A stretch of DNA of 20,475 nucleotides from Nitrospinales bacterium (GTDB taxonomy: Bacteria > Nitrospinota > Nitrospinia > Nitrospinales > JAJDAT01), in the NCBI GenBank assembly GCA_046757665.1, contig JBHHYO010000050.1, positions 1 through 20,475 on the forward strand, in the 5' to 3' direction. Numbering within the stretch: position 1 is the first letter of the stretch; each line of letters starts with the position of its first letter. Shown here one piece after another: positions 1 to 7,889 of the stretch. A model generated the notes under the pieces. That model saw only the letters and a list, made by a program, of their open reading frames with translations. It did no database searches and had not been told where the DNA came from. Both the position numbers and the translations under genes were made by a program.

Positions 1-394
1 TGACACCATCAACCTGTTCGTTAAAAATGCTCGCTAAGAAGGTTAGTTGTACACCATGCAGAAGCAATTTCCAGTCCTTGACTTTTCCTTCAAATTGTTC
101 GCGAGCGTGGGCGAGTTGTCCGGCGTATTGGGTGACGTGAAGCAGGAAGTAGAGATGAAACAGGAACAGCAAAACCGGCGCCACCACGAAAAATCCCACT
201 ACGGGAAGACTGACTCCGATCACCGGCAGGGAAATCCGTATTTCAGGATTCAAAAGCTGTTCGTGGGTGACGCCTTCTACCGTCAACCAGATAAACAGAG
301 CCAACAGCAGGTAGGTGATGTAGGTGTTGCGGACGGTTTTTGAGTTTTCCCGCAATATCTCCAGGAAAACTTCCGGTTTTTCGTTCTCATCCAC
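1..394 (-). CDS. Partial membrane protein running off the window edge; N-terminus resembles pentapeptide-repeat-containing membrane proteins
   Basis: Hand translation from GTG at 394 (GGAG 7 nt upstream) is open to position 2: MDENEKPEVFLEILRENSKTVRNTYITYLLLALFIWLTVEGVTHEQLLNPEIRISLPVIGVSLPVVGFFVVAPVLLFLFHLYFLLHV... It has two hydrophobic segments and a THEQLL..LP..G..LP..GFF..AP pattern that I recall from this class. The repeats themselves are not visible in the window. Confidence 0.75.
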   Translation of the reverse strand, partial: MDENEKPEVFLEILRENSKTVRNTYITYLLLALFIWLTVEGVTHEQLLNPEIRISLPVIGVSLPVVGFFVVAPVLLFLFHLYFLLHVTQYAGQLAHAREQFEGKVKDWKLLLHGVQLTFLASIFNEQVDGV

Positions 395-461
395 GGGCGC
401 ACTCCATGGCGGTTTTCAGGAAAACTGAAAGGCGGATTATAGCATATCCACGGAGGTCAAT

Positions 462-549
462 CTCCACTTGACTACCTAATGGGAAGTCGTGACTCCTTGA
501 CTTTTTTCGCATCGAAAGTAAAATCCTCTGCATGAAGAATCTTCTCCGG
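462..549 (+). repeat. Direct repeat copy 1 (88 bp), left boundary of the TA cassette
   Basis: ctccacttgactacctaa...catgaagaatcttctccgg matches 1123-1209 except T480 vs C1141 and one extra G (gtcgtgac vs gtctgac). Confidence 0.97.
497..524 (+). promoter_or_regulatory. Sigma70-like promoter, duplicated copy inside repeat 1
   Basis: TTGACT (497-502), 16-nt spacer, TAAAAT (519-524). Confidence 0.55.
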
Positions 550-586
550 ATTCGGGAGTGCAATTTAATTCCTACCTTTCATCATT

Positions 587-615
587 TTGCGTTGTCGGTT
601 GATGCGCGGTATAAT
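587..615 (+). promoter_or_regulatory. Sigma70-like promoter of the TA operon
   Basis: TTGCGT (587-592), 17-nt spacer, perfect TATAAT (610-615), upstream of the ATG at 649. Confidence 0.65.
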
Positions 616-648
616 TGTTACTCGGGGTAATTTAAAAAGGTGTGTAGC

Positions 649-849
649 ATGACAACACGACACGAAATAGAAAAAGCGGTTTCAGGTTTGCCGCCGAGCG
701 AACTGGCTCGATTCAGGGCATGGTTTGAAGAGTTCGACGCGGCATTATGGGACAAGCAATTTGAAGAGGACGCAAAAGCCGGCAACCTTGACGCCCTTGC
801 CAAGAAAGCTGTCGCCGAATTCAAGGAAGGCCGTTTCAAAGAGTTATGA
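649..849 (+). CDS. Putative type II antitoxin (66 aa)
   Basis: MTTRHEIEKAVSGLPPSELARFRAWFEEFDAALWDKQFEEDAKAGNLDALAKKAVAEFKEGRFKEL: small, acidic and helical, typical of partners of this toxin class. AAGGTG lies upstream of ATG649, and it overlaps the toxin by ATGA. Confidence 0.8.
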   Translation: MTTRHEIEKAVSGLPPSELARFRAWFEEFDAALWDKQFEEDAKAGNLDALAKKAVAEFKEGRFKEL

Positions 850-1100
850 GGCATTATGCCAATTCTTCCTTCCGGGAACTTTACGAAAATCTTCCGAAAC
901 ACATTCAGGATTTAGCAGATAAAAACTTCGCTCTTCTCAAGAAAAATTCACGCCACCCATCGTTGCGTCTTAAGATGGTTGACACGTATTGGTCCGTAAG
1001 AGTTGGCGCGAAATACCGTGCCCTGGCGGTGAAAATGGAAGAAGGGCTATTATGGTTCTGGATTGGCACTCACGCCGAATACGATAAACTGCTCAGCTAA
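846..1100 (+). CDS. RelE/ParE-superfamily toxin (84 aa)
   Basis: HPSLRLK, WSVRVG..YRAL and C-terminal WFWIGTHAEYDKLL motifs; basic protein coupled to the upstream small ORF. Confidence 0.85.
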   Translation: MRHYANSSFRELYENLPKHIQDLADKNFALLKKNSRHPSLRLKMVDTYWSVRVGAKYRALAVKMEEGLLWFWIGTHAEYDKLLS

Positions 1101-1122
1101 CCCGTATTTTAAGTTTAAATGC

Positions 1123-1209
1123 CTCCACTTGACTACCTAACGGGAAGTCTGACTCCTTGACTTTTTTCGCATCGAAAGTAAAATCCTCTGCATGAAGAAT
1201 CTTCTCCGG
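1123..1209 (+). repeat. Direct repeat copy 2 (87 bp), containing the promoter and first 6 codons of the FGE-domain gene
   Basis: Near-identical to 462-549 and continues into the intact CDS. Confidence 0.97.
1157..1184 (+). promoter_or_regulatory. Sigma70-like promoter, probably producing a leaderless mRNA
   Basis: TTGACT (1157-1162), 16 nt, TAAAAT (1179-1184). The ATG at 1192 is 7 nt after the -10 box with no Shine-Dalgarno. Confidence 0.6.
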
Positions 1210-1953
1210 TTGTTGCTCGCCGTTTTTTATTTTCTGCCGACTGCCGCAATCGCGGCTGACGACACCATGGTTTCGATCCCTGCCGGGTGCTTCCAAATGG
1301 GCACCGACGCGGTTTTTGAGTACGAGGTGGGGCGGAAAAACGACCGCGAACGGCCCGTGCACAAGGTTTGCGTAAACGCCTTCCACCTCGACAAGCACGA
1401 GGTGACGCAAAAGCAGTGGGAGGATGTCATGGGCGTCAAAATCAATATCCATCAGACGCCGCACCATGGCGACAACCTGCCGGTCGATTTCGCCAAGTGG
1501 GAGCAAGCGACGGAATACTGTGCCAAACGAGGGGCGCGGCTACCAACGGAGGCGGAATGGGAATACGCGGCGCGCGCCGGTTCCAAGGGGCTTTTGCCCT
1601 GGGGCGAAGAGATCGACGGCGATTATCTCTGGTATGTGGGAAACGCCGTGCGCCGGCCGCACCCCGTCGGCACCCGAAAACCCAACGACTGGGGATTGCA
1701 CGATATGCTGGGGAGCGTCTGGGAATGGGTGGCGGACTGGTATCTGGAACATTATTACGCGATCAGCCCGCGGAACAATCCCAGGGGCCCGAAAACCGGA
1801 AGCTGGCGCGTCATCCGCGGCGCTTCCTGGCGGGACGATGAAAAGGACATCCGGGTGACGGTACGCCGGCGCGGCCAGGCAGATGCCACCGTGGACTACA
1901 GCGTCGGGTTTCGTTGCGCCAGGGACGCGGCAAAAACCCAATCAGGGAAATAA
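1192..1953 (+). CDS. Secreted FGE-sulfatase (SUMF1/formylglycine-generating enzyme family) domain protein
   Basis: Signal peptide MKNLLRLLLAVFYFLPTAAIAA; motifs FQMG, HEVT, RLPTEAEWEYAARAG, PNDWGLHDMLGSVWEWV, RVIRGASW and GFRCA. Confidence 0.92.
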   Translation: MKNLLRLLLAVFYFLPTAAIAADDTMVSIPAGCFQMGTDAVFEYEVGRKNDRERPVHKVCVNAFHLDKHEVTQKQWEDVMGVKINIHQTPHHGDNLPVDFAKWEQATEYCAKRGARLPTEAEWEYAARAGSKGLLPWGEEIDGDYLWYVGNAVRRPHPVGTRKPNDWGLHDMLGSVWEWVADWYLEHYYAISPRNNPRGPKTGSWRVIRGASWRDDEKDIRVTVRRRGQADATVDYSVGFRCARDAAKTQSGK

Positions 1954-2591
1954 TGCCGTTGCCGCCCAAAACCGTTTCCCGCCTGTACCAAAAGCTGAGC
2001 AAATACTTTCCCGACGCCCGCTCGGAACTGCATTACAAAAACAAATTTCAGCTTCTGGTCAGCGTCATCCTCAGCGCCCAGTCCACGGACAAAACCGTCA
2101 ACAGCGTGACGCCGGAACTGTTTGCCCTCTGTCCAAGCCCCGAGGCGTTTTTGCAATGCGGCGAGGCCCGCCTGCGGCGCATCATCAAACCCATCGGCCT
2201 GGCTCCGGCAAAAGCCAAAAACATCATCAACACCTGTAAAATTTTGCTGGACCGCCATCGGGGAAAGATTCCGGACAACCGCGAGGCGTTGGAGAGTTTG
2301 CCGGGAGTCGGACGCAAAACCGCCAGCGTCGTATTGAACGAGGCATTCGGACAGGCAACCATCGCGGTCGATACGCATGTGTTCCGCGTTGCCAACCGCA
2401 CCGGCCTGGCCCCCGGAAAAACCGTACGCGAAACGGAAGCCGGGCTCCTGGAAGTCACGCCGGAGAAGTGGCGCAAGCAGGCGCACCGTTATTTGATCCT
2501 GCACGGGCGCTACGTCTGCAAGGCAAAAAACTACCACTGCGCCGAATGTGTTATTGTGAAGGAGTGCGAGTATCCTGATAAAATACTATAA
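1953..2591 (+). CDS. nth: Endonuclease III
   Basis: VILSAQSTD, HhH motif LESLPGVGRKTA, AVDTHVFRV and the 4Fe-4S motif C-X6-C-X2-C-X5-C (CKAKNYHCAECVIVKEC). Start placed at ATG1953, which overlaps the upstream stop (TAATG). Confidence 0.95.
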   Translation: MPLPPKTVSRLYQKLSKYFPDARSELHYKNKFQLLVSVILSAQSTDKTVNSVTPELFALCPSPEAFLQCGEARLRRIIKPIGLAPAKAKNIINTCKILLDRHRGKIPDNREALESLPGVGRKTASVVLNEAFGQATIAVDTHVFRVANRTGLAPGKTVRETEAGLLEVTPEKWRKQAHRYLILHGRYVCKAKNYHCAECVIVKECEYPDKIL

Positions 2592-2641
2592 AAAACTAAC
2601 GATAACTATTTAATTTAAAAGAGTTATTTTTTTACTAATCC

Positions 2642-3424
2642 ATGCCGGAAAATCCGCTGAAAAAAAGAGACTACAACGCCGTTTTGCAACGGTTGAATTC
2701 GTTTTCCGCCGCCTCCGGGTTCCCGGTGCAAGCGATCGGCGAAATTTCCGTTAACGGGAACGCCTGCCCTATCGTCAGAGTCGATTTAACCTCCGGTCGC
2801 AAACAAAAGAAGACGATGCTGGTTTCGGCGGGGATTCACGGCGACGAGCCGGCGGGGGTGGAGGCCGTTTGCGCGTTCTTGCGGAGCCGGGAGTTACAAA
2901 ACTACTATAGGGAGGAGTGGGAGTTCTCTTTCCTGCCCTGCCTGAACCCTTACGGCTACGAATACGGCATCCGGGAGAACCATGAGGGTAAGGATTTGAA
3001 CCGGTTGTTCAAATGCGCCGCGCCGCCGCCGGAGGTGGTTGCCGCGCAGGAAACCTTGCGCCGGCCGTTCGACGTGACCGTCGAGTTGCACGAGGATTCG
3101 GAAAGCCCCGGCTATTATTTGTACCAAAAAGTCGCCGAGCCGGCGGCGCCTTCCCTGGGGCGCCTGATTTTACAAGCGGTGGAACCGATTATGCCCATCA
3201 ACGCCAATGCGACAATCGAAGGAATGCCGGCCAGCCAGGGGGTGATCGACCGGTTTTCCGATCCGGATAAAATGGACTGGTGGCCGATGGCGCTGTATGC
3301 GGGCGACCGCGGCGCCCGCAACTGTTTTACTCTGGAAACCGCCTTGAAATTCCCAATGCAGACCCGGATTGACGCGCATCTGCGCGCTATTCAGACCATC
3401 CTGAAAAACTACTCGACTCGCTGA
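2642..3424 (+). CDS. M14-family zinc carboxypeptidase (succinylglutamate desuccinylase/aspartoacylase or MpaA-like)
   Basis: AGIHGDEPAG (HxxE), NPYG..REN...DLNR, ELHED and FTLET motifs. Confidence 0.88.
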   Translation: MPENPLKKRDYNAVLQRLNSFSAASGFPVQAIGEISVNGNACPIVRVDLTSGRKQKKTMLVSAGIHGDEPAGVEAVCAFLRSRELQNYYREEWEFSFLPCLNPYGYEYGIRENHEGKDLNRLFKCAAPPPEVVAAQETLRRPFDVTVELHEDSESPGYYLYQKVAEPAAPSLGRLILQAVEPIMPINANATIEGMPASQGVIDRFSDPDKMDWWPMALYAGDRGARNCFTLETALKFPMQTRIDAHLRAIQTILKNYSTR

Positions 3425-3443
3425 TTCTTCGACAGGGGAAATG

Positions 3444-5660
3444 TTACGATGGCTTGACTTTGGTAATCAATGGAATGACGACGGAGTCCCCAACCGAAAG
3501 GGAATTGATGTCCCGGTCGGGGTTGTAATAGCTGAGTAGCCAGAAGGGAACAAAATAAATGTCGTTGCTGATTTCCCACAGAGTCTCGCCCTTTTTGATT
3601 TTCCGCACCAGGGTTTTCTTAATGCGGTAATTGCTGAAGAAGTCTTCCTGTATGGCCTTGTGGTATTCCTGGCGGCGGGTCTCAAACTCCGCCGGCGAGA
3701 CGCGGTAAAAAGGAACCTTGATTTTTTCATGAAACTTCAGTGTGCCGTTTTTTCGATGGTTGATCCGGAGTAATTCCTCCAGCGTCAAATCCGCCCATTC
3801 CGAGTAATGGCTCAGGGTCTCGCCCAAATCCACGGTGATATCGCCAACCTTGGAGTCCTTGTGCATGTTTGGCGTAAATGAAACCGGCAGGAACGCCGGG
3901 CGGTTCTGGTTGCTTCCGCGGATGATTTCATTGTTCACAAACTTCAGGGTGACATCGGAGCGGGCGGGCCTGGATTTTTCTCCGTTAGTGCTCTTGATGA
4001 CCAGGTGGTCGGTTTTCTTGACGACCCGGATGGAAGAAGACGCACGCTTCGGCACTTGAAGTACCTGCCCGGGATAGAGATAATCGGGGTCCTTCATCCG
4101 GTTCAAGGCGACCAGGGTTTTTTGGTCTGTCCGAAACCGTTGGGCGATTTTAAACAGGTTGTCATGCCGTCTGACCCGGTAGCTCACGGTTTTCAATCCG
4201 GTCACATTGACCGGTTGACTGCCCGCCACCTGAACGGGCGAACGTCTCGCCCGTTTCGATTGCGGCAGTCGCAAAACCTGGCCGACATAAATCCGACTGC
4301 GTCTGCCTATCCGGTTGAGGCGTTTCAGCGTCCCCACGCGGGTTCTGAACCTGGCGGCAATCCTGGAAAGCGTGTCGCCGCGCCGGACGGTGTACCATTT
4401 GGAGGAAATCTGGCGGTGATGCTTTAATGATTTTGGAATCTGGGCATACAACCGTTCAATATCGGGAAACTTCTCGGCGGGAGCTTTGAAGATGAATCCC
4501 TTGGGAATCCTCTTCTGCCCGGAAAGAACGGGTCTACGCAGGGAATAGTTGTAGCTGTTAATTTCCTCTGCGGTCATATTGAAATATTTCATCACCGTCC
4601 GAACATCCACATAATGCCGAAAGGCAACGGAAGCGGTGCGCAAGGGCGGATTAATTTTCAAGCCGGGGAAGTATTTCTGATAGTTGCGCACCACGTCCAG
4701 CGCCGCCAGAAACTCGGAATAAAAGTTTTGCGAGGCAAAGCCGAACGTGCGGCTCCGGTAGCGGCTGATAATTCGCGCGAGGTTGGCGCCGTGAAGGCGC
4801 TTGGCCCGTTTCATGCCCTGGAGGCCGTGGTTGTAAGCGGTGATGGCCAAGGGCCAGCTTTTCAGGTGCTCAAAGTTTCTTTTGAGAAGCTTGGCCGCCG
4901 CAACGGTAGCAAGGAGGGGATCCATTCTCTCGTCCACCTCATAGCCGACCTTCAAATAGCGTCTTCCGGTGCGCCGCGTGAATTGCCAGACGCCCGCCGC
5001 TCCGGCGCTGGAGTATGCGTTTAGCTGAAAGGAAGACTCCACATGCGGCAACACCGTCAGCTCTTGCGGAAGCCCGTAATCCTTGAACACTTTCAGAATC
5101 TGGGAGATATATTGTCCCGAGCGCGCCAACCCTTCCCGGAAACGGTCTTTCTGGCCGATTTGCACGCGGATGTTCCTGGAGGCCCGGTAATAGCCCTTTT
5201 TCACCAGACGGGCAACGCGGCCTTCTTCTGCGGTCAGCTTTGCGCCGGGTTTTTTTCGCGCCAGGGATCGCAGGATTTTCTTGTACCGGGACTTGATCTG
5301 TTCGCGTTTTTTCTCCTTGGCCCGCTCGGAAACCTCACCGGAAAGATTCACCACCTCGTAAATGATGCTCAGGTTATTAATGTCATGGACGATGGCGTGA
5401 TTGGTCGTATATTGGGAATACACCTTTTTCCAAAAATCGACCCGGGTTTGCAAACCGGCAGGAACGGAAAAGTGATACTGACCCAGGGAGTGCTTGTCAG
5501 CGGTTAGTTTGGCTTCCAGGGGAGAAGCCAAAAAAGAAAGGATAAAAAACTGGAGAAGTATCCAATGGATTTGTAGTTTGGTAGCCAACGTTCCTAGCTT
5601 TCCGAAATCACAACTGCGTTCAACGGGAACTTCCGGAAATTCTGAACCACTTCGACACAA
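3444..5660 (-). CDS. MltD-like lytic transglycosylase with multiple LysM domains (start uncertain, possibly TTG near 5588)
   Basis: SLT motifs VESSF, AGAAGVWQF and AYNHG. Clear LysM repeats YTVRRGDTLSRIA and YRVRRHDNLFKIA, plus degenerate ITVDLGETLSHY and KIKKGETLWEIS. Hydrophobic signal-like segment near the N-terminus. Confidence 0.9.
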   Translation of the reverse strand: MCRSGSEFPEVPVERSCDFGKLGTLATKLQIHWILLQFFILSFLASPLEAKLTADKHSLGQYHFSVPAGLQTRVDFWKKVYSQYTTNHAIVHDINNLSIIYEVVNLSGEVSERAKEKKREQIKSRYKKILRSLARKKPGAKLTAEEGRVARLVKKGYYRASRNIRVQIGQKDRFREGLARSGQYISQILKVFKDYGLPQELTVLPHVESSFQLNAYSSAGAAGVWQFTRRTGRRYLKVGYEVDERMDPLLATVAAAKLLKRNFEHLKSWPLAITAYNHGLQGMKRAKRLHGANLARIISRYRSRTFGFASQNFYSEFLAALDVVRNYQKYFPGLKINPPLRTASVAFRHYVDVRTVMKYFNMTAEEINSYNYSLRRPVLSGQKRIPKGFIFKAPAEKFPDIERLYAQIPKSLKHHRQISSKWYTVRRGDTLSRIAARFRTRVGTLKRLNRIGRRSRIYVGQVLRLPQSKRARRSPVQVAGSQPVNVTGLKTVSYRVRRHDNLFKIAQRFRTDQKTLVALNRMKDPDYLYPGQVLQVPKRASSSIRVVKKTDHLVIKSTNGEKSRPARSDVTLKFVNNEIIRGSNQNRPAFLPVSFTPNMHKDSKVGDITVDLGETLSHYSEWADLTLEELLRINHRKNGTLKFHEKIKVPFYRVSPAEFETRRQEYHKAIQEDFFSNYRIKKTLVRKIKKGETLWEISNDIYFVPFWLLSYYNPDRDINSLSVGDSVVIPLITKVKPS

Positions 5661-5748
5661 ACCAAAAACGAAATGGCTTACAACAATTCAAATTCACTTT
5701 TTACTTCAAGACAACCTCAAAAACATGCGTAACACTTTAATTTTTAAA

Positions 5749-5777
5749 AAGATAGCAGAGGTCGACCAATGAGTCAA
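5749..5777 (-). promoter_or_regulatory. Sigma70-like promoter upstream of the LysM transglycosylase
   Basis: Minus strand TTGACT (5777-5772), 17 nt, TATCTT (5754-5749), preceded by TGc (extended -10). Confidence 0.5.
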
Positions 5778-5869
5778 GGCAAAACGCCACAAGTCGGGAC
5801 TTTCGGTTGGAGCGCGCAAAATTCAATCGGTGGGCGGGCTTTTCCTCATGCGCCGGAGAACGGTAAAAT

Positions 5870-6163
5870 TCAAAGACTTTGCGGCTTGTAATCCTTGTTG
5901 ACCTGGTAAACGAACGCCAAAAGTTCGGCCACAACCCGGTACACGGACGGAGGGATTTCCGCGCCGACATCGACCTGGGAAAGTATTTGCACCAGATCGG
6001 GGTCCTCCTTGATCGGAACGTTGTTTTTGCGGGCCAGAGCAATGATCCTTTCCCCAATCGGTCCCTCTCCCTTGGCGGTTACTTTCGGCGCCGAAGCCTT
6101 GCCCGCCTCGTACTTGAGAGTGACCGCCGATTTGCGTTTGGATTTTTTCTCGCGCTCCGTCAT
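5870..6163 (-). CDS. Stand-alone FlhB C-terminal-like (EscU/YscU/HrcU family) export-switch protein
   Basis: AVTLKY...APKVTAKG...ERIIALARKNNVPI.EDPDL...EIPPSVYRVVAELLAFVY matches the FlhB-CC region. No NPTH cleavage site or TM domain; ATGA overlap with the upstream gene. Confidence 0.9.
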   Translation of the reverse strand: MTEREKKSKRKSAVTLKYEAGKASAPKVTAKGEGPIGERIIALARKNNVPIKEDPDLVQILSQVDVGAEIPPSVYRVVAELLAFVYQVNKDYKPQSL

Positions 6164-7428
6164 GTTTTGATATCCACCAGCCGGGAAGGTTCTTCGATCA
6201 GCATTCGATTCAAGTCCTCACCTGCGTCCATCTCCACCGTCTCCCGAACGGAGGCGGTGACCGCCGCATCGAATCCCATTTCTTTCAACCGGGACTCCAG
6301 CCGGGGCAATTGGTTGGCGATGTGATCGGCAACGGATTTCTGTTCCGTCGTTATTTTAGCCGCCACATTCTCATGGCTTGTTGTTGCGTCGATTCGCAGG
6401 TTGCCGAGGGAGGAAAGGTTTAGAAGAAAAGTCAGGTGAAAGTTTGTTTTTTCGCCCTTTTTTGCCCCCTCCCCTGCTTGATCTTCGCGGACATAAAGTT
6501 TCACCGTTCGCGTTGCGGGGGAAAAAGGGTCCGGGATTTGAATCAAAATGGGGTTGTTGTCCTGCCGGGCAAACTGGTTGGACAACTGCTGAAATTCGAT
6601 ATTGTCGGTGGCCCGTTTGATGTGATGAACAAGCTCGCGGATGGCTTGCCCACGGCCCGCGGCAAGGGAAGTTTTCTCGCCTTCACGCGGGAGTTGTTTC
6701 TCCAAAGTTTCCTGAAGCGCCAGCAATTGCCCTTTCAGGTCGCGGGCCAATGCCGACCGGGTTTCGGGTGTGAGCCTGGTCGCCAGCGCTTTTTTGACCC
6801 TGGCTTCGTAGCGGATTCCGGATCGATCCACCTGCTCCCTTAATTGAGAGTCGTCAGGCGTCTTGCCTTCCCTCGGCAACAATACGCTCAGGGTTTCCCG
6901 CAACCTGTCGAGGAGTCCGGGATCGATTTTCAATCCTTGCGGCAGGGGCCGGTTGAAAACGATTTTTTCCAGGTTGGCGGCCATCGCGCCCAAATCCTGC
7001 CGGGCAACCAGATAGGGTTTGATCATGGCCGCACCCACTCGAACGGCATCAGGGTTTTGAGCGATCAAATTCCGGGACGCGCCTTCCCTGGCAGGAGTGA
7101 GTTGAACGGTGACTCCGGGTTGCGTGACCGGAGCGCGAACGTTCCGGCCTGCCGGCGGGTCGATGATCCGCAGGTTAATGGTGGGCGATACTTGTTCGAC
7201 CTTGACAAAAATATTTTGTCCGCGGGTCAGCCCCCCTGCTGTCCGCAGGGTGAGTTTTTGCCCTTCCAGATCGACGAGGGCTCTTCCGCCGGACAGGAGG
7301 TCCAGAATTTTTCCCTGAAGGACCTGGCCGGCGGCCAGTTTTTGACTGAAGACATTTAATAATGTGGAGAAATTTCGATCTCCCGGCGGGATGCGAATCA
7401 AGTTTTGCGGATGGTTACTGACGAACAC
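6160..7428 (-). CDS. Flagellar hook-length control protein FliK-like
   Basis: C-terminal Flg_hook-like region (LTFLLNLSSLGNLRID...LPRLESRLKEMGF), N-terminal GQVLQGKI beta region, GGAGG SD, and coupling to the FlhB-like gene. Confidence 0.75.
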   Translation of the reverse strand: MFVSNHPQNLIRIPPGDRNFSTLLNVFSQKLAAGQVLQGKILDLLSGGRALVDLEGQKLTLRTAGGLTRGQNIFVKVEQVSPTINLRIIDPPAGRNVRAPVTQPGVTVQLTPAREGASRNLIAQNPDAVRVGAAMIKPYLVARQDLGAMAANLEKIVFNRPLPQGLKIDPGLLDRLRETLSVLLPREGKTPDDSQLREQVDRSGIRYEARVKKALATRLTPETRSALARDLKGQLLALQETLEKQLPREGEKTSLAAGRGQAIRELVHHIKRATDNIEFQQLSNQFARQDNNPILIQIPDPFSPATRTVKLYVREDQAGEGAKKGEKTNFHLTFLLNLSSLGNLRIDATTSHENVAAKITTEQKSVADHIANQLPRLESRLKEMGFDAAVTASVRETVEMDAGEDLNRMLIEEPSRLVDIKT

Positions 7429-7472
7429 ATCACCCTCCCCGCTTGTTTGCCGTTTATTTTTGCAACGCCGTG

Positions 7473-7802
7473 TTAGACGATCACGTCAATTTTATTTTCC
7501 TGCAATCCGCCGGTTACAGGCGGTGACTCCTTCGACTCGGCAGTCCGGGGTTTTCGGCCTTTTTTGCGGATGCGTAAGCGTCCCCGGCCCAGTGTTCCAT
7601 CCGGATTGGCGGGATCGGTCGGGTTTTTGTTTTCGGGGTCCTGGACTTCGGTGCGCTTCAGCTCGTCCAGCTTGGCGCGGTCTTCTTCGCCCAGTTGCTG
7701 AGTCAAACCGGTGGATTGTTGTTGAGCGGTCTGCTGGAGTTTCTCCGCCAAGGGACTCATTTGAAGAACTTGCTGGGTATTGGCAGGTTCGATGGTTGGC
7801 AC
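7473..7802 (-). CDS. Hypothetical protein (109 aa, Q-rich, ends KIDVIV), probably flagellum-associated
   Basis: GTG start with GGAG upstream; co-oriented between the fliL-like and fliK-like genes. Confidence 0.7.
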   Translation of the reverse strand: MPTIEPANTQQVLQMSPLAEKLQQTAQQQSTGLTQQLGEEDRAKLDELKRTEVQDPENKNPTDPANPDGTLGRGRLRIRKKGRKPRTAESKESPPVTGGLQENKIDVIV

Positions 7803-7889
7803 GGTTTCCAGGCTCCGCGAAAAAAATAATCAGTCGTTATTTATCAAATGACCGGGAATATGCGTTGCGATCAAGTTTTCGCTCGTCCG

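Larger units (their letters stand above)
550..1122 (+). mobile_element. Putative inserted toxin-antitoxin mini-cassette between direct repeats
   Basis: Bounded by the 87/88-bp direct repeat and carries only a promoter plus a TA pair. It is more AT-rich than the next gene (901-960 = 23/60 GC vs 1561-1620 = 41/60 GC, single-line samples). It encodes no recombinase. Confidence 0.6.

Noticed and set aside
462-1209. Direct repeats as a CRISPR array or integron attC sites
   Set aside because: Only two long copies enclosing genes, the repeat is host promoter/CDS sequence, and there are no cas genes, integrase or RYYYAAC/GTTRRRY cores.
1800-1925. FGE/CLec C-terminus as a possible DGR variable region
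   Set aside because: I saw no template repeat with adenine-specific mismatches and no reverse transcriptase in the window.
2603-2634. AT-rich inverted repeat (ataact...agttat) plus T-run after nth as a terminator or IHF site
   Set aside because: The stem is short and AT-rich with a long loop, and the IHF match is imperfect; too weak to call.
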